Shown piece by piece: positions 40,531-49,865 of a stretch of 64,000 nt of DNA. The translations under genes and the position numbers were made by a program. The notes under the pieces are model-generated. The model made no database searches and was not told the origin of the DNA. It worked only from the letters and a program-made list of their open reading frames with translations. Origin of the DNA: an uncultured bacterium. GTDB taxonomy: Bacteria > Abyssobacteria > SURF-5. Every line of letters begins with the position of its first letter. The stretch's first letter is position 1. The DNA lies in assembly GCA_964607485.1 (NCBI GenBank), contig CAZSKP010000012.1, positions 57,142 through 121,141 of the forward strand. Direction: 5' to 3'.

Positions 40531-40647
40531 TCAGATTATGCCGAGTTCCTTCAGCGTGGCGACGCCCAGTATCACGACATAGACATACAGCACCGCCAGC
40601 GTTATCTCAGCCCTGTATTTCTTCAGTGTCTCGATTAAGCCTGCCAT
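40531..40647 (-). CDS. Small (38 aa) single-pass membrane protein, absent from the ORF track
   Basis: MAGLIETLKKYRAEITLAVLYVYVVILGVATLKELGII*; host-like codon usage; own promoter; fills the intergenic gap. Confidence 0.65.
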   Translation of the reverse strand: MAGLIETLKKYRAEITLAVLYVYVVILGVATLKELGII

Positions 40648-40692
40648 CGCTTGTTTGGGAAAAGGACTCCGCAAACCGGTTTGTTTTGATAC

Positions 40693-40720
40693 AGTTTACC
40701 ATAAAGCCGGACAAAGTCAA
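40693..40720 (-). promoter_or_regulatory. Sigma70-type promoter for the small membrane protein
   Basis: TTGACT, 16-nt spacer ending TGg, TAAACT. Confidence 0.55.
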
Positions 40721-40810
40721 GAAGAGAAGAGCGCGGAACATCGAAGGGTAAGAGAGACGTCGGGCAAGAGCGGCGGCTGTGAATAAGATGGCTGGGGCGT
40801 CGCCGGCCGG

Positions 40811-41746
40811 TCAGACGGTTTCCAGCTTCTGCGACAGAACGGTCTCGAAGACCTCAACGACTTCCGGGTCGAACTGCTCGCCGCTGCAGCGCCTCAGTTC
40901 CTCTATCGCCTGCCACGGTTGCAGCCCCTTGCGGTATGGTCTGTCGGAAGTCATCGCATCGAAGGAGTCAGCCACGGCGACGATTCGCGTGCCCATGGAA
41001 CTCATCTTCGACGCTGCGTCGATCGGCTTGTCCTGCTGTGAGAAGTAGGTATGATGCTCAAGCACGATGGGTATCGCTTCCTTCAGAACGCCTCCGACGG
41101 AGTGCAGAATCTTCGCGCCTTTCTCCGAATGAGCGGCCACCTGCACCATCTCGTCCTGGCTCAAGCTCGCGGCCTTGCCGATGAGGCTTGCGCTGATCTC
41201 GACCTTGCCGATGTCGTGCAGAAGCGCGGCGACGCGAATGTTTTCGACCTCGTTCCTCGGGAGCCCCATAGCGATGGCGATGTCCATCGCATGCTCGGCG
41301 ACACGTTCCGAATGTCCCTTGGTGTAGCGGTCGGTCGATTCGAGGTATTTCACCAGTATTTCCAGTATGCCGACGTAGGCCTGCTGCAGCTCATCGATCC
41401 TCTTCTGCTTCTGCTCGTACAGCGTCCCGACAATGTAGCTGGTCAGCAGGAGGAATCCGCTCCAGCCGCTCAGGCCGCTCACGAGATAGCCTATCCCCCT
41501 CCCCGCGGTGAAGGCGCCGGTGTTCAGAATGGCAAAGAAGATGACCGTCAGGATGCTGAACATGGCAACGAGGACTGACGCCCTCTTGCCGATGAAGTAG
41601 CCGGCCATCAACACCGGCAAATAGAAGAAGTTAAGCATCATCATCCTCTCGTCAACAGTGTAGCTGATGCAGATGATGCCCAAAAGAACCACCAGAACGG
41701 TTATATTCTCGAAATTGGACGTGACGTAGGCTTTGAACTTCTGCAT
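40811..41746 (-). CDS. Membrane-anchored HD-GYP-family protein (GYP motif degenerate)
   Basis: About 4 N-terminal TMs; YTKGHSERVA, LLHDIGK, HH, VADSFDAMTSDRPYR, GEQFDP. Confidence 0.85.
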   Translation of the reverse strand: MQKFKAYVTSNFENITVLVVLLGIICISYTVDERMMMLNFFYLPVLMAGYFIGKRASVLVAMFSILTVIFFAILNTGAFTAGRGIGYLVSGLSGWSGFLLLTSYIVGTLYEQKQKRIDELQQAYVGILEILVKYLESTDRYTKGHSERVAEHAMDIAIAMGLPRNEVENIRVAALLHDIGKVEISASLIGKAASLSQDEMVQVAAHSEKGAKILHSVGGVLKEAIPIVLEHHTYFSQQDKPIDAASKMSSMGTRIVAVADSFDAMTSDRPYRKGLQPWQAIEELRRCSGEQFDPEVVEVFETVLSQKLETV

Positions 41747-41817
41747 ACGGTTTTACTCCTCCGGTTTCAAGAAGCCCATCGGGCGACAGCAAGGCAATAA
41801 CGACCGTTCGCGAGGGC

Positions 41818-41833
41818 AGCAAGATTTGTGCCG
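41818..41833 (-). promoter_or_regulatory. Sigma54 -24/-12 promoter for the HD-GYP gene
   Basis: Minus strand CGGCAC-aaatc-TTGCT, about 70 nt upstream of the ATG. Confidence 0.55.
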
Positions 41834-42214
41834 CTCAATGTAGGCCTGCGACCTTTCTGAATGCCCGGCGGCGCATCAAGGGCCCACTCGCCCGCCCGTC
41901 GGCCGGGGTGTCATAACTCATTTTTTCACGACATGTTCTGCCGTCCGCACCCCGCCGGGATACGTCTACCCTGTTTTGGAGAAAAAGAGGAATCGCCTCG
42001 CCGCGTACGAGGGGCCCCCTGATGCAATGCCCAAAGCGTCCCGGAATGTTCGCAAATTGTTCGCAATCCGCCCAGAATGTCCTTGACACACTTGAGCGAC
42101 AAATGATACAAATACGTTCGGAGCGAGGAAGTAGAGGCAAATGACCCCGATGACTTGCTCTATCTTCCGACAGCGTGTCCGGCTCTCATGGGGCGGAGAA
42201 CGCAGGTTTTTTTC

Positions 42215-42754
42215 ATGAAATCATTCAACAAAAAGGGAGACGGCGGAACCACGAGCCTGCTGTTCGGCCACCGCGTGCCGAAGCATTCCCCCCGCACGGA
42301 GGCTTACGGCGCGATAGACGAGGCGAACTCAGCGCTTGGGCTGGCCCGTGCGCTGGTCTCCGACAAGAAGCTGAAACAGATAATCCTTGACATACAGAAA
42401 GAACTTTTCATCGTGGGCACCGAGTTGGCCGCGCTGCCCGATGAGAGCTCGAAGCTGAAGAACAGGGTTTCGGAAGCACACACATTGAGGCTCGAAAGGC
42501 TGATTGAGGACCATGAAAAGCTCTTTGAGATGCCTAGGGCTTTCGTTCCACCGGGCGGCACTCCCGGCGCGGGGGCGCTCGACCTCGCACGTTCGACAAT
42601 CAGGCGGGCGGAACGCCGCATCGTGAAACTCCTCGACGAGGGAGAAGTGGAAAATCCCGAACTGCTTTGCTACTGCAACCGTTTGGGCGACCTGCTGTTT
42701 ACGCTGGCGCGATATGAGGAGCTGAGCGAGAGCTCGACCGATTCCTCGTTGTGA
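42215..42754 (+). CDS. pduO: PduO-type ATP:cob(I)alamin adenosyltransferase
   Basis: KKGDGGTTSL, EAYGAIDEANSALG, RSTIRRAER, NRLGDLLF. Confidence 0.88.
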   Translation: MKSFNKKGDGGTTSLLFGHRVPKHSPRTEAYGAIDEANSALGLARALVSDKKLKQIILDIQKELFIVGTELAALPDESSKLKNRVSEAHTLRLERLIEDHEKLFEMPRAFVPPGGTPGAGALDLARSTIRRAERRIVKLLDEGEVENPELLCYCNRLGDLLFTLARYEELSESSTDSSL

Positions 42755-42771
42755 CGAAAGGGAGGGTATCG

Positions 42772-43542
42772 ATGGACCTGTTGCTGAAAGGGAAAGTTGC
42801 GGTTGTGACGGGTGGCGGCCGGGGTATCGGCACCGCCATCGCGATGGGGCTCGCCGAAGAAGGCGCACACATTGCCATCGCCGAGATCGACGAGAAGAGC
42901 GCCGGGAAGGCGGCAGAGGAAATCGGGAAGAAAGGCGTGAAGGCCATCGGCATCACCACCGACGTGACCGACCCGGCAAGCGTGGAGGCGATGGTGAAAC
43001 GGGTCGAGTCCGAGCTCGGGCCGGTGCAGATACTCGTCAACAACGCCGCCAAGCTTCCCGCGTTCATGACGTTCGTCGAGGAAAAGAACAGCGGCCAGTC
43101 TGAGCAATTCTGGGAAAAAGTCGTCGATGTCTGCTACCACGGCACCGTCAACTGCACCGCCGCCGTCATCGAGGGAATGATAGAGCGACAGTATGGCAAG
43201 ATAATCAACATGGCGTCCGACGCGGGCAAAGTCGGGGAACCGCGTCAGGCCGTGTATGCGGGCGCGAAGGGCGCGATAATATCGTTCACAAAATCGATCG
43301 CGAAGGAAGCCGGAAGGTACAGCATCAACGTCAACGCCGTCTGCCCCAGCATGACCAAGACCGAGGCAGTTCGCGAAATGCTTTCCGACGAATTCGAAAA
43401 GAAGGTCGTGAAGGCTTATCCCATGCGGCGGCTGGGCGAGCCACAGGACATCGCGAATCTCGTCGTGTTCCTCGCCTCCGACCGGGCGTCATGGATCACG
43501 GGGCAGGCAATCAGCGTGAACGGCGGATACGCCACCGCATGA
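42772..43542 (+). CDS. Short-chain dehydrogenase/reductase (3-oxoacyl reductase-like)
   Basis: TGGGRGIG, NNA, S…YAGAK. Confidence 0.9.
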   Translation: MDLLLKGKVAVVTGGGRGIGTAIAMGLAEEGAHIAIAEIDEKSAGKAAEEIGKKGVKAIGITTDVTDPASVEAMVKRVESELGPVQILVNNAAKLPAFMTFVEEKNSGQSEQFWEKVVDVCYHGTVNCTAAVIEGMIERQYGKIINMASDAGKVGEPRQAVYAGAKGAIISFTKSIAKEAGRYSINVNAVCPSMTKTEAVREMLSDEFEKKVVKAYPMRRLGEPQDIANLVVFLASDRASWITGQAISVNGGYATA

Positions 43543-43555
43543 GGAGAGCGCGCTA

Positions 43556-44707
43556 GTGGACTTCGAGATTCCGGAAGAAACCCGCCAGCTCCGCGACGCC
43601 GTGAGGCGGTTCATCGAGCGGGAAATCGCGCCTCTGGACGAGCAGATCAAGGACGAGGACGTCATACCCATTGACCTCATCACCGAGGCCAGACGCCGGG
43701 GAGTCGCGGCGGGCTTCTACGGAATGTACATGCCGGAGGAAGTCGGCGGAGGCGGGCTCGGGCTGGAGCCGACCGTTCTCGTGCTCGAGGACGTGGCGAA
43801 GCAGGGCTCGCGGCTGGCTCGTTTCGCGCTGGGAGGGCTGGGCGGGCCCACACCCATCCTGCTCGGATGCAACGAGGAGCAAAGGGAGCATTTTCTGCTG
43901 CCCGTCATGCGGGGCGAGAAGACCAACTGCTTTGCGCTCACCGAGCCGGGAGCCGGCTCCGATGTCGCCTCTATCCAGACGGCCGCCGTCAAGGACGGCG
44001 ACAACTACGTACTCAACGGAGTGAAGCACTTCATCACGAACGGCCCCTATGCCGACTTCGCGATGGTATTCGCCGTCACCGACAAATCGCTCGGCGCCCG
44101 TGGCGGCGTCACCTGCTTCCTTGTGGAAAAGGGGACGCCGGGCTTCTCCGTCGCCCGTGTTCAGAAGACGATGGCCGGAGACGAGCTCCAGGCCGAGCTT
44201 GCGTTTGAGGACTGCGTCGTCCCCTCGAAGAACATCCTCGGCGAGGTCGGGCAGGGATTCCTCCTCGCGATGCAGTGGATCGGACATGGACGCCTGATCA
44301 TCGGCGCGATGTGCGTCGGCACCGCCGACATGCTCCTGGGGATGTCCGTAGATTACGCCAAGCAGCGGGTGCAGTTCGGCAAGCCGATCGCCACCAAGCA
44401 GGCAATCCAGTGGATGCTCGCCGATTCGGCCACCGAGATATATGCGGCCCGGATGATGCTCTACAACGCCGCATGGAAGGCCGACCGTGGAGAGAACATT
44501 ATCAAGGAAACCTCGATGGTGAAGCTGTACGCCACCGAAATGGTCAACCGAGTGGCCGACCGCGCGCTTCAGATTCACGGCGGCATGGGCTACATGCGCG
44601 AGTTTCCCATCGAACGAATCTATCGCGAGGTGCGCGTCCTGCGCATTGTCGAGGGCACATCCGAAATTCAGCGCTTCATCATCTCGCGGTTTCTTTTGAA
44701 CGAATAA
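43556..44707 (+). CDS. Acyl-CoA dehydrogenase
   Basis: FALTEPGAGSD, NGVKHFITNG, RVQFGKPI, QIHGGMGY, RIVEGTSEIQR. Confidence 0.93.
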   Translation: MDFEIPEETRQLRDAVRRFIEREIAPLDEQIKDEDVIPIDLITEARRRGVAAGFYGMYMPEEVGGGGLGLEPTVLVLEDVAKQGSRLARFALGGLGGPTPILLGCNEEQREHFLLPVMRGEKTNCFALTEPGAGSDVASIQTAAVKDGDNYVLNGVKHFITNGPYADFAMVFAVTDKSLGARGGVTCFLVEKGTPGFSVARVQKTMAGDELQAELAFEDCVVPSKNILGEVGQGFLLAMQWIGHGRLIIGAMCVGTADMLLGMSVDYAKQRVQFGKPIATKQAIQWMLADSATEIYAARMMLYNAAWKADRGENIIKETSMVKLYATEMVNRVADRALQIHGGMGYMREFPIERIYREVRVLRIVEGTSEIQRFIISRFLLNE

Positions 44708-44758
44708 TGCGCGGCGCAGACCGGGGACAGAGAAGCTGTCCGACAATTAAGTTGCGGC

Positions 44759-44810
44759 GGGGACTGTCCCGGAATTACGGATGCGAAGCGTCGTAGATTC
44801 GGGACTGTCC
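44759..44810. repeat. GGGACTGTCC direct repeats flanking a hairpin (REP-like)
   Basis: ggggactgtccc (44759-44770), imperfect hairpin, gggactgtcc (44801-44810). Confidence 0.5.
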
Positions 44811-44853
44811 TCATCGCGCGCCTCCCCACCTTAATCGTCGTGGGGATATTTCT

Positions 44854-44881
44854 GTAGGGGCGCACGGCCGTGCGCCCCTAC
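44854..44881. repeat. GTAG-type REP palindrome, copy 1
   Basis: Perfect palindrome gtaggggcgcacggccgtgcgcccctac; identical copy at 54596. Confidence 0.85.
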
Positions 44882-44906
44882 AGAATAATATGTGACGAGG
44901 TAGCAA

Positions 44907-46910
44907 ATGAATTTTCTGTTGCGCGAAGGCCGTATCGGCCAGATGGCGCTCCGCAATCGGATCGTCATGGCGGCCATGCACCTGGGCTACGCCGAGGACG
45001 GCTTTGTCACCGAACGCTTCGTCCAATACTACGAAGAGTGCGCCAAGGGGGAAACCGGCCTGATAGTCCTCGGCGGGTTCAAAGTCCACAGGCTCGGCGG
45101 CGGCGGCATGGGATTCCTCAGCATCGACGACGACAAATACATCCCAAACCTGAAGGAACTCAACTCGCGCCTTCAATCGCACGGCACGAAAACCGCCGCC
45201 CAGCTCTTTCACGCTGGACGGTATGCGTTCTCGTTCCTAATGGATGGCGAGCAGTCTGTGTCGGCGTCGGCGGTCCCGTCCAAACTCACGCGGGAGACTC
45301 CGCGCGCACTGTCCATCCCGGAAATAAAGGAAATCATTGAGCACTTCGCCTCGGCGGCGGTCAGGGCGCGCGAGGCGGGCTTCGACGCGGTCGAGCTCAT
45401 CGGTTCCACCGGCTACCTCATCAGCCAGTTTCTCTCCCCGCTCTCGAACAAGCGCGACGACGAATACGGCGGCTCGCTCGAAAACCGCGCCCGCTTCGGC
45501 GTCGAGGTCATTCAGGCCGTCAAGCGCGCGTGCGGCGCCGATTATCCCGTCATCATGCGTCATTCCGGCGCAGAACTGATGGAGGGCGGAAACTCGATCG
45601 ACGATTCCGTCGAGATCGCCCGGCTGTTTGAAAAGGCAGGAGCCGACGCCATCAGCATTCAGGTGGGCTGGCACGAGTCGCGGGTGCCCACCGTGGCCAC
45701 GTCGGTCCCGCGCGGAGCGTTCGTGTTCCTGGCCGACAAGATGCGGCCCGCGCTCGAAGTGCCCATCATCACCTGCAACCGCATCAACGACCCGTCGCTG
45801 GCGGAGCGGATTCTTGCCGAGGGCAACGCCGACTTCGTCGCGATGGCGCGCGCCCTCAACGCCGACCCCCACTTTCCCAAGAAGGTGCGCGAGGGACGGC
45901 TCGACGACATCATCCCGTGCACCGGCTGCAACGAGGGGTGTCTCGACATGATTTTCTTGGGCCAGCCTTCGACCTGCATGAACAATCCCATCAGGGGACG
46001 CGAGGCGGAACTCGCGTTGACCAGGGCGACCAGGTCGAAAAAGGTTGTCATCGTCGTCGGGGGCGGCCCGGGTGGATTGGAGGCGGCGCGCGTGCTCGCC
46101 GAGCGCAGACACAAGGTGACCCTTTATGAAAAGGGCGACCGGCTCGGCGGGCGGCTCGCACTGAGCGCGATACCGCATGGCCGTGAGGAGTTCGAGAACA
46201 CCGTGCGATACCTCGAGAGGGCGGCGCGGAAGGCGGGCGTCGAAATCGTCCTTGGAACGGAGATGACTCCCGAACTGGCCAAGAAGGAGAAGCCCGACGC
46301 CCTCGTGCTCGCGATGGGCGCCACTCCGCGCGTGCCCGACATTCCCGGAATCGACGGCGCCAACGTGGTTCTGGCCGAGGACGTGCTGGCGGGCGCTGCG
46401 CCGCTCGGCCGCAAAGTTGTCGTCATAGGCGCCGGTGGAGTCGCGTGCGAGGTGGGCATCTATGCGGCGCGCAGGGGCTGCGTTCCGCCGGAGGTCGCCG
46501 TGTTTCTGGCCGAAAACGGCGTCCTTTCGGCCGAGGATGCGCTCGGCATGGCGCGCAGGGGTCCGCGCACGGTCACCCTCGTTCGCCGAGGCATGAAGGT
46601 CGGCGATTCGCTCGGTCGGAGCACAAGATGGGTGGTCCTGCAGGAACTGGAAAAGCTCGGTGTAAGGGCGATAACCGAGGCGCAATACATACGAGTCACC
46701 GACGGCGGCCTGCTGATAGAGGTCGGAGGCCAGAGGGAACTGCTCGAGGCCGACACGGTCGTGCTCGCCGCCGGTTACGAGACCTACCCTCGGCTCAAGG
46801 AGAAGTGGCAGGGAGCCGCAGCGGAGATTCACTTTGTCGGCGACGCTCACGTGCCCCGGAAAGGCATCGACGCAATTTACGAAGGCACGCTCGTGGGCCG
46901 GCGCATATGA
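44907..46910 (+). CDS. fadH: 2,4-dienoyl-CoA reductase (FadH-like OYE + FeS + FAD)
   Basis: NRIVMAAMH, QLFHAGR, GYLISQFLSP, YGGSLENRAR, GWHESRVPT, CTGCNEGCLD, VGGGPGG. Confidence 0.8.
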   Translation: MNFLLREGRIGQMALRNRIVMAAMHLGYAEDGFVTERFVQYYEECAKGETGLIVLGGFKVHRLGGGGMGFLSIDDDKYIPNLKELNSRLQSHGTKTAAQLFHAGRYAFSFLMDGEQSVSASAVPSKLTRETPRALSIPEIKEIIEHFASAAVRAREAGFDAVELIGSTGYLISQFLSPLSNKRDDEYGGSLENRARFGVEVIQAVKRACGADYPVIMRHSGAELMEGGNSIDDSVEIARLFEKAGADAISIQVGWHESRVPTVATSVPRGAFVFLADKMRPALEVPIITCNRINDPSLAERILAEGNADFVAMARALNADPHFPKKVREGRLDDIIPCTGCNEGCLDMIFLGQPSTCMNNPIRGREAELALTRATRSKKVVIVVGGGPGGLEAARVLAERRHKVTLYEKGDRLGGRLALSAIPHGREEFENTVRYLERAARKAGVEIVLGTEMTPELAKKEKPDALVLAMGATPRVPDIPGIDGANVVLAEDVLAGAAPLGRKVVVIGAGGVACEVGIYAARRGCVPPEVAVFLAENGVLSAEDALGMARRGPRTVTLVRRGMKVGDSLGRSTRWVVLQELEKLGVRAITEAQYIRVTDGGLLIEVGGQRELLEADTVVLAAGYETYPRLKEKWQGAAAEIHFVGDAHVPRKGIDAIYEGTLVGRRI

Positions 46911-46964
46911 TTCGAGGAAGAAACAAGTACGTGTACGACAAGGGCATTTTATAAGAGGAAGCAA

Positions 46965-47732
46965 ATGGCCGAAGACAGATTCTCGCTGGAAGGCAAAGTT
47001 GCAATTATCACCGGCGGCAGCCGTGGCATAGGCCGCGCAATCGCGCTCGAATACGCCGGGGCGGGAGCCGACGTGGTCGTGGCGAGCCGCAAGCTGGACG
47101 CGTGCAAGACGGCCGCCGGGGAAATCAAAAAACTGGGCGGACGCGCGCTGGCCGTCGCGGCCCACACGGGCAAGCCGGAGCAACTCGAAAAGCTCGTCGA
47201 CGAAACGCTCAAACAGTTCGGCAAAGTCGATATCCTGGTGAACAACGCGGGCACCAATCCCCACTTCGGCGCCACGATCGATATAGAAAAGGGAGCGTGG
47301 GACAAGACGTTCGAGGTGAACGTTGACGGCGTCTTCTTTCTCACCCAGCTCGTGGTCAACAAATGGATGCGCGAGCACGGCGGCGTGATAATCAACATGG
47401 CGTCGGTGGCCGGACTGAGGCCCGCGCCCATGACGGGAACGTACTCGGTCACGAAGGCGGCGCTGATAATGCTCACCGAAGTGCTCGCCGCCGAGCTTGG
47501 CGTGTTCGGCATCCGCGTGAACGCCATCGCGCCCGGCTTCATCAGGACCGACATGAGCAAGGCCGTCTGGACGAGCGACATGTTCAAGGTGCGGTCGAAG
47601 ATGTTCCCCGTCCCGCGCCTGGGCGAAACCGAGGACATCGTCGGCGCGGCGCTTTATCTTGCTTCCGACGCGTCGGCCTTCATGACGGGCGAAACCATCG
47701 TCATCGACGGCGGCGCGCGTCACGTCGGCTGA
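46965..47732 (+). CDS. Short-chain dehydrogenase/reductase (DHRS4-like)
   Basis: TGGSRGIG, NNAGTNP, YSVTK. Confidence 0.9.
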   Translation: MAEDRFSLEGKVAIITGGSRGIGRAIALEYAGAGADVVVASRKLDACKTAAGEIKKLGGRALAVAAHTGKPEQLEKLVDETLKQFGKVDILVNNAGTNPHFGATIDIEKGAWDKTFEVNVDGVFFLTQLVVNKWMREHGGVIINMASVAGLRPAPMTGTYSVTKAALIMLTEVLAAELGVFGIRVNAIAPGFIRTDMSKAVWTSDMFKVRSKMFPVPRLGETEDIVGAALYLASDASAFMTGETIVIDGGARHVG

Positions 47733-47749
47733 ACGACCCAACGGGATAG

Positions 47750-49753
47750 ATGCGAAGATACCTATACGCGACGAGCTGCTATGCGCTGTTTATCGTTGCC
47801 CTGCATTTCTTGAGCGGCCGCTTTTCGCCGCTGTCCAGTTGGGGTTTCTACCACCTGAACGAATTCCCGAAGTCGGTCCGCATACTCCTCTGTCTTGTCG
47901 GCGCAGTGGTCTGTCTGCCGCCGATAAATTCGCTGCTGTCGGCCGCGCTGTCGAAGATGGCGGACAGAGCGGCAAAGCTGAAAGCCGGATTCCCCCCGCA
48001 CGTCGCATACATCCTGATAAGCGCGCTCTTCGCCGTGCTGTTCTGGTGGCTGCGCAGCGGGAACATCTTCCTCGGCGACGGCGTAACGCTGGCGCAGATC
48101 GTCCGCAGCGACGAGGCGTTGAAACACTACGTGGGCGGCTGGGCCGGACACGTGACTTCCCACCAGATACTTGATTTCTGGATCGGCCGCAACCTGCACA
48201 GGATTCTTTCGGGCGTTCTGAAATTCGAGCCGTACGACACCATTGCGCTCCTGAGCTGCGTTGCGGGAGCGCTCTTCTGCTTTGCCGCGCTCGAAATCGG
48301 ACATTTGCTCTGGGACGACTGGCCGCACAGGCTCGGCTTCGCGAGCGTCGTCTTCACCACTGGAGCGATGCAGCTTTTCTTCGGCTATGTGGAGACGTAC
48401 GGACTCTCGGCTGCGGCCCTCGCGCTCTTCTGCCTCACAACTTTGCTGTACGCGCGCGGCCGGTGCGGCATATGGCTTCCCGCCGCGCTGCTTGCGCTGA
48501 GCGCGTCGCTGCACCTGCTCACCTTCGGCGCGGGGCTCGCGCTGCTGTTCGCGTGGGTGCACCGTTCCCGCGAGCGGGGGAAGTACTGCATGGTTGAGTT
48601 CGCCCTTATGGCATGTGTGCCTCTCGTGGTGGTGGCAATATATTTCGTCATCCTGCACTCGCTCGGATTCTCGGTTAATGAAATCTTCTTCTCAGGCGCT
48701 CGCGGAGAATACGAGGGCGTCTTTTTCCTCGCGCTGTCCAGGAGGGGTTTACCGCTGGAACGATACTCCCTTTTCTCGGTCGCCCACCTGATCGACATAT
48801 TCAACGAGATTGTGCTGGTTTCGCCGTTCGGGCTTTTCCTGTGTGTTGTGTCGCTTCCCCGATTCCTGAAGGCGGACCGCGTCGCAAGGCCGGAGGCGCT
48901 GATCCTTCTCCTCACGTGTGTCGTTTACCTTGGGGTGACGTTGACGGCCGCGCCGCTGTTGGGCGCGCGAAAGGATTGGGATGTGTTCGCTCCGCCGTGG
49001 ATTTTCATCACGATGCTGGGCGCGTACATGCTGATGCGGGCAATTCCCGACGGCGCCGCGGTGCGCAGAATACTCATCATCGTCGTGGCGGTGTCGCTGG
49101 TGCACTCCGTCCCGTGGATACTTTCCAACGCGCGCATCGACCTCGAAAAATATCTGGAGTACAGGGGCGAGGGCAAATCGTTCGAGCAGGAGGGCCTGAT
49201 TGAACAGGCGAGCGAAAACTACGAGAAGGCGCTCGCGATAAACTTCACGCCGGAACTCGCCTACAAGGTCGCGGGGCTTCAGATAAGAAGCGGCCGGTTG
49301 TTTGAGGCGGTTGACCTTCTGAAGAAGGCGATTCGCGAGGAAAACCGATCGGAGCTGGCAATATTTCTCGAACAGGAGGATGCGCACTACCTGCTCGGCT
49401 CGACTTTCTTGGGACTGGGAAAAACCGATGAGGCCATCGCGGAATTCAAGAAGGCGATTGACCTGTGGGAGTTCCGGCACAACAAGAGCTTCCGCCACTT
49501 GCCCGATGCCTACTACCATCTCGGCGTGGCATACATGAAGGCGGGCAACTACGCGGCCGCCGAGAAGGCGTTCCTTTCGGCGCTGGAGACGGGCGGCGAT
49601 ATTCCGCTCGCGCACCTCGCGCTGGGCGAACTGTACGCTCGCTATCTGAACAAGCCCGACGCCGCGCGGGAGCACCTCCGGAAATATCTCGAAACGAATC
49701 CAGGTGACGAGCAGGCGACGGAATTGCTCGAAGGACTGAAATCCGATGCCTGA
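47750..49753 (+). CDS. Polytopic membrane protein with C-terminal TPRs; possible GT-C glycosyltransferase
   Basis: About 13 TMs, FLGDG loop, GYVETYG, several TPR motifs. Confidence 0.7.
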   Translation: MRRYLYATSCYALFIVALHFLSGRFSPLSSWGFYHLNEFPKSVRILLCLVGAVVCLPPINSLLSAALSKMADRAAKLKAGFPPHVAYILISALFAVLFWWLRSGNIFLGDGVTLAQIVRSDEALKHYVGGWAGHVTSHQILDFWIGRNLHRILSGVLKFEPYDTIALLSCVAGALFCFAALEIGHLLWDDWPHRLGFASVVFTTGAMQLFFGYVETYGLSAAALALFCLTTLLYARGRCGIWLPAALLALSASLHLLTFGAGLALLFAWVHRSRERGKYCMVEFALMACVPLVVVAIYFVILHSLGFSVNEIFFSGARGEYEGVFFLALSRRGLPLERYSLFSVAHLIDIFNEIVLVSPFGLFLCVVSLPRFLKADRVARPEALILLLTCVVYLGVTLTAAPLLGARKDWDVFAPPWIFITMLGAYMLMRAIPDGAAVRRILIIVVAVSLVHSVPWILSNARIDLEKYLEYRGEGKSFEQEGLIEQASENYEKALAINFTPELAYKVAGLQIRSGRLFEAVDLLKKAIREENRSELAIFLEQEDAHYLLGSTFLGLGKTDEAIAEFKKAIDLWEFRHNKSFRHLPDAYYHLGVAYMKAGNYAAAEKAFLSALETGGDIPLAHLALGELYARYLNKPDAAREHLRKYLETNPGDEQATELLEGLKSDA

Positions 49754-49865
49754 GAAAGTTGGTTCCTGCAACGCATGAGGTCGAGCGGGTCGCACAGTTG
49801 AGCCGGCGTAGTGCTCCTGCTGGGAACCGCCTGCAACTCCGGACTGCTCAGGAGAAAGGCGCAGA

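Noticed and set aside
42215-42754. PduO as cofactor supplier for the three B12 radical SAM enzymes
   Set aside because: PduO makes adenosylcobalamin, whereas class B methylases cycle methylcobalamin; it also sits in a separate transcription unit.
45237-47741. 834-aa minus-strand ORF and other long antisense ORFs (37343-38803, 52711-54456, 55221-56828, 49848-51167, 18696-19943)
   Set aside because: Shadow ORFs opposite well-supported genes, expected from high GC3; they carry no recognisable motifs.
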